DNA of 64,000 nucleotides from Candidatus Dojkabacteria bacterium (GTDB lineage: Bacteria; Patescibacteriota; Dojkabacteria; SC72), in assembly GCA_050950145.1 (NCBI GenBank), contig JBMNHB010000001.1:428820-492819 (forward strand), in the 5' to 3' direction. The stretch's first letter is position 1; each line of letters begins with the position of its first letter. Made by a program: the position numbers and the translations under genes. Positions 27,797 through 36,130 of the stretch are shown here, one piece after another. The notes under the pieces are model-generated. The model was not told the DNA's origin, made no database searches, and worked only from the letters and a program-made list of their open reading frames with translations.

Positions 27797-28030
27797 TCAC
27801 TCCGCATCATTAAACTTATCAGGATTATTATTCCCACACTTAGGACATACCTTTAGTGTTACAGCTCCCTCATAAAGATAACCACACATCATGCACTTCC
27901 ATCTTAACCACATACTATCCAAATCTTCTCTCTCTGGATTAGGATTAAGCTTGTCATATTCCACAGGGGTCAAATTTGGTTGACTTGGCTGTAGTGGATT
28001 ACTTTGATCATTATTTAATATATCCTCCAT
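27797..28030 (-). CDS. Small zinc-ribbon / rubredoxin-like protein (CxxC-x12-CxxC).
   Basis: WKCMMCGYLYEG ... VCPKCG. 77 aa with a polar N-terminal extension. Confidence 0.5.
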   Translation of the reverse strand: MEDILNNDQSNPLQPSQPNLTPVEYDKLNPNPEREDLDSMWLRWKCMMCGYLYEGAVTLKVCPKCGNNNPDKFNDAE

Positions 28031-28649
28031 CTTTTATCCTTTCTAAAATTAAATCAAAAGTCTCTTTTGCATTTAATTCAGAACTATCTAATACAATATC
28101 ATTATACAATTCCTGCTTACCATACTCCACATCATACAATTCCTTATACCTCCGTCCATCCTTTACCCTTCTCCTTGTTAAATTAAAAGAATTTACAATG
28201 TAAAACCATATCTTTCTCAAACCTCTAAGATTCTCCTGTTTACCTGCTAATCTTTTTACTCTTACATGAAGAGAAGAATCTAACCAAATCTTTACAGTAC
28301 AAGGTATATTTTCTTTAGAAGACAATGCTCCAAAAACCTTACTTTCAATCAAAACATTTCCCTTTTTCGCTCTTTCAATTAAAAATTCATCAACTTTTCT
28401 ATCTAGTTCAAAAAACTTCTCCTTTTTCTCCTTACTGTAAAAATCATCAAGACTGTCATAGCCCAAATCTTTTACAAACTCTCTGAATATTCCTCCAGCA
28501 TACACTCGCTCAAGATTAAAATGTTCAGCTAACATTTTTGCAATAGTGGAAGACCCACTACTTCCGGGCCCTCCAACAACTATAACTAAACTATTTTCTT
28601 TTTTATTATTCATATTTATTACTATATATAGTATATTAATAGCAGGCAT
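28011..28649 (-). CDS. cmk: Cytidylate kinase, short archaeal/type-2-like. The start is probably the internal ATG at about 28613.
   Basis: P-loop VVGGPGSSGSST; LAEHF..ERVYAGGIFRE; IWLDSSLHVRVKR. The overall match is to archaeal-type CMP kinases. Confidence 0.65.
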   Translation of the reverse strand: MPAINILYIVINMNNKKENSLVIVVGGPGSSGSSTIAKMLAEHFNLERVYAGGIFREFVKDLGYDSLDDFYSKEKKEKFFELDRKVDEFLIERAKKGNVLIESKVFGALSSKENIPCTVKIWLDSSLHVRVKRLAGKQENLRGLRKIWFYIVNSFNLTRRRVKDGRRYKELYDVEYGKQELYNDIVLDSSELNAKETFDLILERIKDGGYIK

Positions 28650-29849
28650 ATGTCTAGAAACAAACCAACAAAAAAGACAAATTTATTCAACAAGAAATAT
28701 ATCCCAGACAAACTGATCCTTTATTTCGTGATCTTTATGGCTATCTTTGGAGCAATTATGATTTTTGATGCAAGTGTGTACAAAGCTAACGAGGAATTTG
28801 GAGATCCTTTCCATTTTCTAAAACTACAAATTGTATGGATACTTGCAGGAGCTTTAATTGCTACAATTATATATTTCTGGGATTATAGGAAATTACTGAA
28901 AGCCTCAGTTCCTATTTTAGTGATAATTATTATCTTACTAATCTTAGTATTAATATTAGGAGAAGATATTAATGGGGCAAAGCGATGGTTTGCCATAGGA
29001 CCACTTCCACCGATTCAACCAGCAGAACTTGCTAAGGTTGGAATTGTTCTCTATCTCTCTAGCTGGATGAGTACTAATAAATATTTTCAAGATAGTACTA
29101 AAGTTGAATTAAAAGGCTCTTTTCTTAAAGCTTTTCTTGGTTTTGGTGCTATAGTAGGAATTGTAGCTTTACTAATCATTCTTGAACCTGATCTAGGTAC
29201 TACTATGATTGTTGGCTTGACAGCTTTTGCTATGTTTCTTTTAGCTAAAGGTGGTTGGGATCATACAAAATATACTCTTGGCAGTCTATTACTTCTCGGT
29301 GTTCCACTAGTAGCTATTGCAACAATACTAGCACCATACAGATTGGGAAGAATGAGAACATACCTAGATTTACTTCTAACAGGTGAAATATCCGATCCAA
29401 GAGGAGATGGATATCAAATTCAACAAATCTTAATTGGTATAGGATCAGGAGGATTCTTAGGAAAAGGTTTTGGACAATCAAGACAAAGATATGGATATTT
29501 AGTAGAAAACACAGCATTCACAGACTCAATTTATGCAATTATCTTAGAGGAACTAGGTTTTCTAGGAGGAACTATACTTGTTATAGCATGGCTCGTATTC
29601 CTTTGGAGAGGTTTTAAGATAGCGAACAATGCTCCTGACAAACAGGGGAAATTATTAGCAACAGGAATAACTGTTTGGTTAACACTTCAAGCTTTACTAA
29701 ACATGGGAGCAAATACTGGATTAATTCCATTAACTGGTATCCCAGCACCATTACTTAGCTATGGTGGTTCAAGTACAATTGTTACTTTCATAGGAATTGG
29801 TATACTACTTAATATAAGTAAGTACTCCACAAACGAAAATGGAAGATAA
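28650..29849 (+). CDS. ftsW: SEDS-family peptidoglycan glycosyltransferase FtsW/RodA.
   Basis: 10-TM protein with IQPAELAKVG, DSIYAIILEELGF and PLTGIPAPLLSYGGSS motifs. Confidence 0.85.
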   Translation: MSRNKPTKKTNLFNKKYIPDKLILYFVIFMAIFGAIMIFDASVYKANEEFGDPFHFLKLQIVWILAGALIATIIYFWDYRKLLKASVPILVIIIILLILVLILGEDINGAKRWFAIGPLPPIQPAELAKVGIVLYLSSWMSTNKYFQDSTKVELKGSFLKAFLGFGAIVGIVALLIILEPDLGTTMIVGLTAFAMFLLAKGGWDHTKYTLGSLLLLGVPLVAIATILAPYRLGRMRTYLDLLLTGEISDPRGDGYQIQQILIGIGSGGFLGKGFGQSRQRYGYLVENTAFTDSIYAIILEELGFLGGTILVIAWLVFLWRGFKIANNAPDKQGKLLATGITVWLTLQALLNMGANTGLIPLTGIPAPLLSYGGSSTIVTFIGIGILLNISKYSTNENGR

Positions 29850-31011
29850 AGAAATATTAAAAAAGAAAATAATCGTAACAGGAGGAGGATCTGGGGGACA
29901 TATCTCTAGTGCAAAAGCAATAATTGATGCTCTTAATGAAAAGTTCATACTAAATGATAATAATTTTCTCTATGTAGGTAGTGATTTAGGAAGAGAGAAA
30001 GAGAAACCAGGTTCCTCAATGGAAATGAAAATATTTAAAGATGAATGGTTTAATCAAAAATATATTAGGGGTGGGAAACTACAGAGAAGATTTAGTATTA
30101 GAGCTGTTCTCATACTACTTAGAACGATTTTAAGTTTCTTTGATTCTTTTATGATAATAAGAGAATTTAAACCAGATATTGTAATATCAACAGGTGGGTT
30201 TGTCTCAGTACCTGTTTGTTCTATGGCAAAGATATATAAAACAAAAATTTATCTTCATGAACAAACAGCAACAGTAGGATTATCAAACAAGATAGTTGCC
30301 AAATTTGCTGAGAAAATATTTATAGCATATCCTTCTTCAGCTAAGTACTTTCCAAAAGAAAAAGTTATACACTCAGGGAACCTTGTAAGAAAAGAAGTTT
30401 TTGAAAATACGGGTAAGGGAGGTATTACAGAATCTGTAAAAAAAATGATAATACACCAAGAAGATTTACCAATAATATATGTATCAGGAGGAAGTTTTGG
30501 TTCACATATAATTAACAATGTGATTAAGGAATCTCTGTTACTACTACTTCAAGACTATCAATTAATTCTACAAACAGGAGATAACAAATCCACTAATGAC
30601 TTTCAGCTTTTATCTTTAGAGAGAGATAAATTGACCAATGAATTAAAAGAAAGACTTATTGTTACAAAATATATTGGTAATGAAGAGATTGGTTTTGTAC
30701 TAAATAATGCAGATCTTTTCATTGGAAGAGCAGGAGCAAATACTGTTTACGAACTTGGATTACTCAGAATACCTTCAATATTAATTCCTATTCCTTGGGT
30801 AACACATAATGAACAGATGGAGAATGCAAAAGTTTTAGAGAGTATAGGCCTTGCAAAAATAATTAACGAAGGAGAACTGACTTCAGAGAAGTTACAAGTA
30901 ACACTAAGACTTTTCTCTAAAGAAAAGATAGTGGTAAACGAACAGAAAGCAGATGAAATATTTATAAAAGATGCTGCTACTAAGATAATTAAAAATATTA
31001 ATTTTAATTAA
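29839..31011 (+). CDS. murG: Lipid II synthase MurG (UDP-GlcNAc transferase).
   Basis: IIVTGGGSGGHISSA N-terminal G-loop. GT28 architecture. It lies in the dcw context. Confidence 0.85.
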   Translation: MEDKEILKKKIIVTGGGSGGHISSAKAIIDALNEKFILNDNNFLYVGSDLGREKEKPGSSMEMKIFKDEWFNQKYIRGGKLQRRFSIRAVLILLRTILSFFDSFMIIREFKPDIVISTGGFVSVPVCSMAKIYKTKIYLHEQTATVGLSNKIVAKFAEKIFIAYPSSAKYFPKEKVIHSGNLVRKEVFENTGKGGITESVKKMIIHQEDLPIIYVSGGSFGSHIINNVIKESLLLLLQDYQLILQTGDNKSTNDFQLLSLERDKLTNELKERLIVTKYIGNEEIGFVLNNADLFIGRAGANTVYELGLLRIPSILIPIPWVTHNEQMENAKVLESIGLAKIINEGELTSEKLQVTLRLFSKEKIVVNEQKADEIFIKDAATKIIKNINFN

Positions 31012-31028
31012 GTTTAGTATTCTTAAAA

Positions 31029-32324
31029 ATGTCTGATTTAGTAGTAAGAGGTGGAAATGTTCTTTCAGGAGATATAACACCAGCAGGAAATAAGAACTCT
31101 GCATTACCTATCCTTTGTGCATCTTTGCTTACAGATGAGGATGTCATTATAAAAAACTTCCCTGATCTTACCGATGTTCAAAAACTTATTGATTTAATGA
31201 TATCAATGGGTTCTAAAGTAGAGTGGGATAAAGAGAGAAATATTCTTAAGATTAATAACTCTGAATTTAAGGACGATTTGGGTGAGAATGGATTTCCAAT
31301 GGGGATGAGGGGAGCAATTCTTTTACTTGGACCACTTGTTACTAGAATGAAGTACATTGAAGTTAAAAAAGAGGTAGGTGGTTGTGCACTCGGTATTAGA
31401 GAGTTAGATCCACATCTAGAAGTCCTACAAGGATTAGGTGTTAAGGTGATTGATACTAAAGATTTGCTTAAAATAGATAGCTCAAACGGACTAACTGCTG
31501 GACATCTTTGGCAGGACTATATGAGTGTAACAACTACAGAAAACTTCGCAATGGCAGCATCTAAAGCAAAAGGTACTTCCTCTATGACCAATGCCGCTTC
31601 TGAACCGCACGTACAAGACTTATGTAACTTCTTAATCTCAATGGGTGCAAAAATAGAAGGTGTTGGAACTTCAACCTTGACAATTACCGGAGTAGATAAT
31701 CTTCATGGTACAGAATTCGCTATTTCCTCAGACCACCATGAAATCACAACCTTGCTTGCGCTAGGTGCAATGACAGGTGGTGAGATTAGAGTTAATAATG
31801 CAGAACCAGAATTCTTCCCATTGATAGTAAAAACATTTAAGAAATTCGGAGTAGATGTAGAGTATGAGGGAGACACAGCAATTGTAAGGGCTAGAGAAGA
31901 ACTAATAATCCAAGAGCCTTACACTAAAAATATGTTACAAAAAGTTGAAGCTGCTCCATGGCCATATTTCCCTGCAGATTTAATTCAGTTAATGATTGCA
32001 CTAGCTGTTAAATCAAAAGGTAATATTATGTTCTGGAACAAACTCTATGAAGGAGGATTCTTCTGGATTCCAGAGATGATAAAGTTCGGAGCACATATTG
32101 TAATGTGTGACCCACATAGAATTATTGTATTTGGAGATAAACCACTACAACCAGCAACAGTTGATAGTCCAAACATTATAAGAGCAACAGTAGCACTAAT
32201 GATGGTTGCACTTACAATAAAAGGAGAAAGTGTCATTAAAAATGCAGATTCTATTAAAAGGGCACATCCAAACTTTGTAGAGAATCTACAAAAATTAGGT
32301 GCAGATATATCTTGGATTGACTAA
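31029..32324 (+). CDS. murA: UDP-N-acetylglucosamine 1-carboxyvinyltransferase.
   Basis: MSDLVVRGGNVLSGDITPAGNKNSALPIL and the active-site Cys region VGGCALGIRELDPH. 431 aa. Confidence 0.9.
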   Translation: MSDLVVRGGNVLSGDITPAGNKNSALPILCASLLTDEDVIIKNFPDLTDVQKLIDLMISMGSKVEWDKERNILKINNSEFKDDLGENGFPMGMRGAILLLGPLVTRMKYIEVKKEVGGCALGIRELDPHLEVLQGLGVKVIDTKDLLKIDSSNGLTAGHLWQDYMSVTTTENFAMAASKAKGTSSMTNAASEPHVQDLCNFLISMGAKIEGVGTSTLTITGVDNLHGTEFAISSDHHEITTLLALGAMTGGEIRVNNAEPEFFPLIVKTFKKFGVDVEYEGDTAIVRAREELIIQEPYTKNMLQKVEAAPWPYFPADLIQLMIALAVKSKGNIMFWNKLYEGGFFWIPEMIKFGAHIVMCDPHRIIVFGDKPLQPATVDSPNIIRATVALMMVALTIKGESVIKNADSIKRAHPNFVENLQKLGADISWID

Positions 32325-32325
32325 G

Positions 32326-33705
32326 CTATAAAGTCCCTAGCTTTTTAAGAAAATCTGGAATCTGATAAAGGCCAAGGGAGTGACTTCCCTTCAGAAGTAT
32401 TGCAACTTTCTTATCCTTTAATCCTTGTAATTTTGTATTAAGTAGGGCTGCCACTTCATCTGCCGATTCTATCTTTTCACCAACACCAAAATCATCAATA
32501 TTCTCTCCAACATAATAAACTTCATTAAAGTTACATTCTTTAACTAATTTCCCTATCTCTACATGCCTCTCCTTTGAGACACTACCTAATTCTTTCATAT
32601 CACCTAATATAGCAATAGTATAGAAATCTTTCCCAAATATTTTCATAAAGGTCTCAATAGACATCTTCATTGAGGTTGGATTCGCATTGTATGCATCATT
32701 AATAATTGTTACATTATCATATTCAAGCTTTTGAAACCTACCATCTTGCCCTTCATACTGTTTAATACTCTTCACACAATTATCTATACTTACTCCTAAC
32801 TCATTAGCAACTATAATTGCTGCCATGGCATCACAAACAAAACCTTCTCCATATACACTCAAATCAACAGGTACTACATTATCATCATAGTATCTGAATT
32901 TGAAATGAGTTCCCTCCTTATTAACAGAAATATCAAAAATTTGGAATGTAGCTCCTTCTGTCTGACCAAATGTAATTAAGCTAGAATTTTTGTTGTAATT
33001 CTCAGCAATATGAACAAGCCTTTCATCATCAATGTTTAAAATTAAAGGTTTACCAGTTCGTTCCATATAGTCCGCAAGATCTTTTTTCTCTTGGAAAATT
33101 TCATTAATAGAACCTAATTTCTCTGCATGAACATCTCCTACATTAAGTAGAATTCCATAATCAGGATCTACAGAGTTAACATGCCATGCAATTTCTCCCT
33201 TTCTATCCATTCCACACTCCAAAACAATTACATCCTCGTTATTATACTGACCAAGAAGGACTGCATTTCCCCATACCGTATTATACCTATCAGCAGATAG
33301 TACTTTCATATAGTTCTCAAGAATTGTAACAAGCATCTTTTTTGTTGTTGTCTTCCCCGTACTACCTGTGATTGCAATTACTGGCTTCCTGATATATCCA
33401 ATAGAGTAGTTTAGAACCTTCATAAGACCTTCTTCAATGCTATCAACAATAATTACTGGTTTTGTAACTCCCTCTAAGAAAGATTGTTTTTTATTTTCAC
33501 ATAAAGATACAGAGCAACCAGCATCTAAGGACTGCGCAATGAAGGCATGTCCATCAAACCTTTCACCTACAATTGGAATATACAAGTCATCAGGATTTAC
33601 CTGTCTAGAATCATGAGTAAAACCTGTGAAAAAAGCATTCTCATCATAGTTTCTAAATCCAAACTCTGGGAACCTTTCCTTTATATCTCTTAAAAAAATC
33701 TTCAT
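32326..33705 (-). CDS. murF: Mur ligase, most likely UDP-MurNAc-tripeptide--D-Ala-D-Ala ligase (MurF).
   Basis: MurF-type N-terminus (DSRQV..DDLYIPIVGERFDGHAF). ATP P-loop ITGSTGKTTTK. 459 aa. Confidence 0.75.
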   Translation of the reverse strand: MKIFLRDIKERFPEFGFRNYDENAFFTGFTHDSRQVNPDDLYIPIVGERFDGHAFIAQSLDAGCSVSLCENKKQSFLEGVTKPVIIVDSIEEGLMKVLNYSIGYIRKPVIAITGSTGKTTTKKMLVTILENYMKVLSADRYNTVWGNAVLLGQYNNEDVIVLECGMDRKGEIAWHVNSVDPDYGILLNVGDVHAEKLGSINEIFQEKKDLADYMERTGKPLILNIDDERLVHIAENYNKNSSLITFGQTEGATFQIFDISVNKEGTHFKFRYYDDNVVPVDLSVYGEGFVCDAMAAIIVANELGVSIDNCVKSIKQYEGQDGRFQKLEYDNVTIINDAYNANPTSMKMSIETFMKIFGKDFYTIAILGDMKELGSVSKERHVEIGKLVKECNFNEVYYVGENIDDFGVGEKIESADEVAALLNTKLQGLKDKKVAILLKGSHSLGLYQIPDFLKKLGTL

Positions 33706-33778
33706 AGCAGTACATCTCTAAGTTTATCCTTAACATAATATATTGGTTCTGTGGTTATTTATCAAGTCCACCACCTTT

Positions 33779-34290
33779 AGGGTCTGTCCCAGATCTGTCC
33801 CCTGTTTTCCATACCTTTCTGCCTGTTTATCAAGGTTTGTTGGTTTGGGTACTTCTAATTTCGGCTTACAAAAATCATTCGTAATACGACGCTTCGGATT
33901 AGGAAACGATTATACAACAAGAAAAATAAAGAAAATCGTCCTAAGGGTCTATCCCAGATCTGTCCCCTGTTTTCCAAACCTTTCTGCCTACCTATCAAGG
34001 TTTCTTGGTTTGGATACTTCTGATTTCGGCTTACAAAAATCATTCGTAATACGACGCTTCGGATTAGGAAACGATTATACAACAAGAAAAATAAAGAAAA
34101 TCGTCCTAAGGGTCTGTCCCAGATCTGTCCCCTGTTTTCCATACCTTTCTGCCTGTTTATCAAGGTTTGTTGGTTTGGGTACTTCTAATTTCGGCTTACA
34201 AAAATCATTCGTAATACGACGCTTCGGATTAGGAAACGGTTATACAACAAGAAAAACAAAGATCTGTTCTAGATCTGTCCCTCCAGCTAT
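33779..34290. repeat. Tandem repeat, 165-bp unit x about 3.1 copies, in the murF/mraZ divergent intergenic region.
   Basis: Units start at 33779, 33944 and 34109 (AGGGTCTGTCCCAGATCTGTCCCC...). Copies 1 and 3 are nearly identical and copy 2 carries about 10 substitutions. A truncated fourth copy is at about 34259. The plus and minus ORFs called over it are repeat artefacts. Confidence 0.9.
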
Positions 34291-34399
34291 CGGTTGAAAA
34301 GGTAGACGAGATAGGGAGGAGGTATATATGGAAAAAGCCTGCGCTTTTGGATTAGTTCTTGGCCTAGAGTGTTATATCTTGGCCTGTAATATTTTTCTC

Positions 34400-34472
34400 T
34401 TGACGTGTACAACAGATACGGGATATATTAGTGGCAAGAAGTGGTAGAAAGTGGTGAAATATGATATAGTGG
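34400..34472 (+). promoter_or_regulatory. mraZ (Pmra) promoter overlapped by an array of MraZ-box direct repeats.
   Basis: TTGACG (34400..34405), 17-nt spacer, ATATAT (34423..34428). AGTGG occurs at 34430, 34440 and 34450, an exact 10-bp phase, with a fourth at 34468. The mraZ ATG is at 34478. Confidence 0.6.
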
Positions 34473-34477
34473 AAAAT

Positions 34478-34921
34478 ATGATAATCGGAGAATACAAAAG
34501 TAAAATAGGAGAAAAGAAAAGAGTATCACTTCCAACAAAGTTTAGGGAAGAGATTGGTGAAGATTTAATTCTCACCAGAGGATATGAAGAAGCCCTAATC
34601 CTTGTAAATAAGAAAATGTGGAAAAATGTAGCAAAAGAAGTAATAAATGGCTCTTTTACAAATAAAAATATTAGAGATACAAGTAGATTCTTAGTAGGAA
34701 GTGCAAAAGAAATTGAAATGGATGGACAAGGAAGATTTGTAATCCCCCAAGCTCTTTTTGATCATGCAGGTTTAGGAGATGAAATTGTATTTATAGGACT
34801 TGTTAACTGGATTGAGATTTGGGATGCAAAGAAATGGGCAGAAAGAGTAGAGTACCTACAAAAACATGGAGATGAAATAGCTCAAGAGATAGGTAAAATG
34901 TCAGAACAAAAGAATGGATAA
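34478..34921 (+). CDS. mraZ: Transcriptional regulator MraZ. The track ORF starts at the GTG at 34451; the conserved N-terminus begins at the ATG at 34478.
   Basis: MIIGEYKSKIGEKKRVSLPTKFRE and a second half-domain DGQGRFVIPQALFDHAGL (duplicated SpoVT/AbrB-like). Next gene is rsmH. Confidence 0.85.
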   Translation: MIIGEYKSKIGEKKRVSLPTKFREEIGEDLILTRGYEEALILVNKKMWKNVAKEVINGSFTNKNIRDTSRFLVGSAKEIEMDGQGRFVIPQALFDHAGLGDEIVFIGLVNWIEIWDAKKWAERVEYLQKHGDEIAQEIGKMSEQKNG

Positions 34922-35810
34922 GATTCATATTCCAGTACTTCTTAATGAAGTTATAGATTCTTTAGCAATCAAGGAAGATGGTTTCTACATTGATGGGACA
35001 CTTGGTGATGGAGGACATAGTTTTGAGATTCTCAAAAGGCTCTCACCCCAAGGATTCCTTATCAGCATAGACCAAGATCAACATGCAATTGATTTTGTCA
35101 AAGAGTACTACAAAGAATCAATTCCTGATAACTGGATAATCATTAAGTCAAACTTTTCCAAGATAGATAAAGTTGTAAAAGAATTTGGAAAAGGTAGACA
35201 ACCAGACGGGATATTACTTGACATTGGCCTTTCTTCAAGACAACTAGAAGAATCTCACAATAGAGGATTTAGCTATCAAGAAGAAAATGAACCTTTAGAT
35301 ATGAGAATGGATGAAACATTAGGAGTAACAGCAAAAGATTTACTAAGTGCACTCTCAGAGAAAGAACTAGCTAGAATTTTCTGGACATATGGTGAAGAAA
35401 GATATTCACAAAGAATCGCAAAAGAAATTAAAAAGAACATCTCTAATATTAATACCGTTGGAGATCTTACAAGACTTATCTACAAAGCAGTACCGGCTGC
35501 AGATAAATCTATTACTAAGAACCCTTCTCGCAGGGTCTTTCAGGCCCTGCGAATCGTGGTAAATGACGAGCTGGGTAGCTTAGAGAAAGCGTTAGATAAA
35601 TCTTTTGAGATCTTAAACAAGAATGGAAGACTCTCAGTAATAACATTCCATTCATTAGAAGATCGCATCGTTAAAAACTTTAATTTAGAAAAATCGGGAA
35701 GCGGAGAAGGGAGTTTGCTGTTTTCAAAACACATTGCCCCAACCGATGAAGAGAAAATTTCAAATCCTCGCTCCGCTTCTGCCAAGTTAAGAACATTAAT
35801 TAAAAATTAG
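34914..35810 (+). CDS. rsmH: 16S rRNA m4C1402 methyltransferase RsmH (MraW).
   Basis: HIPVLLNEVIDSL ... DGTLGDGGHS. About 300 aa, downstream of mraZ. Confidence 0.9.
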   Translation: MDKIHIPVLLNEVIDSLAIKEDGFYIDGTLGDGGHSFEILKRLSPQGFLISIDQDQHAIDFVKEYYKESIPDNWIIIKSNFSKIDKVVKEFGKGRQPDGILLDIGLSSRQLEESHNRGFSYQEENEPLDMRMDETLGVTAKDLLSALSEKELARIFWTYGEERYSQRIAKEIKKNISNINTVGDLTRLIYKAVPAADKSITKNPSRRVFQALRIVVNDELGSLEKALDKSFEILNKNGRLSVITFHSLEDRIVKNFNLEKSGSGEGSLLFSKHIAPTDEEKISNPRSASAKLRTLIKN

Positions 35811-35822
35811 GTGGTTTAAATA

Positions 35823-36128
35823 GTGAAAATTATAAACAAAGCAACTCAAAACATAGCAGGAAGTATTTTCGTATTAGCTACAATAGCCTTTGTTGTATGC
35901 CAATTAGTCATCAACTCAATACTTGCTCCTCTAGGTAAAGAACTACAGAGCCTTAATCAAGAAAAAAACTACTTAATTGAGGAGAATAGAGGAATGGAAG
36001 AAGAGATGGCAAAAAGCAATTCAATAACAGTTATTCAAAAATTAGCAGATAAATCTTTAGCTCTCTCTCCCACAAATGATAAAACTGTAGTATACATCCA
36101 AGAAGAGTCTATTGTTGCTAACAAATAG
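35823..36128 (+). CDS. ftsL: Probable cell division protein FtsL (small bitopic coiled-coil protein).
   Basis: 101 aa, single TM, then a coiled-coil. Located between rsmH and ftsI. Confidence 0.5.
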   Translation: MKIINKATQNIAGSIFVLATIAFVVCQLVINSILAPLGKELQSLNQEKNYLIEENRGMEEEMAKSNSITVIQKLADKSLALSPTNDKTVVYIQEESIVANK

Positions 36129-36130
36129 TC

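Noticed and set aside
33779-34290. Possible CRISPR array.
   Set aside because: The repeat unit is 165 bp and head-to-tail with no unique spacers. This is a tandem minisatellite, not a CRISPR.
33743-34297. 184-aa (+) and 102-aa (-) ORFs spanning the murF-mraZ intergenic region.
   Set aside because: Both are translation artefacts of the 165-bp tandem repeat, which gives a perfectly repeated peptide and has no RBS. They are annotated as a repeat instead.
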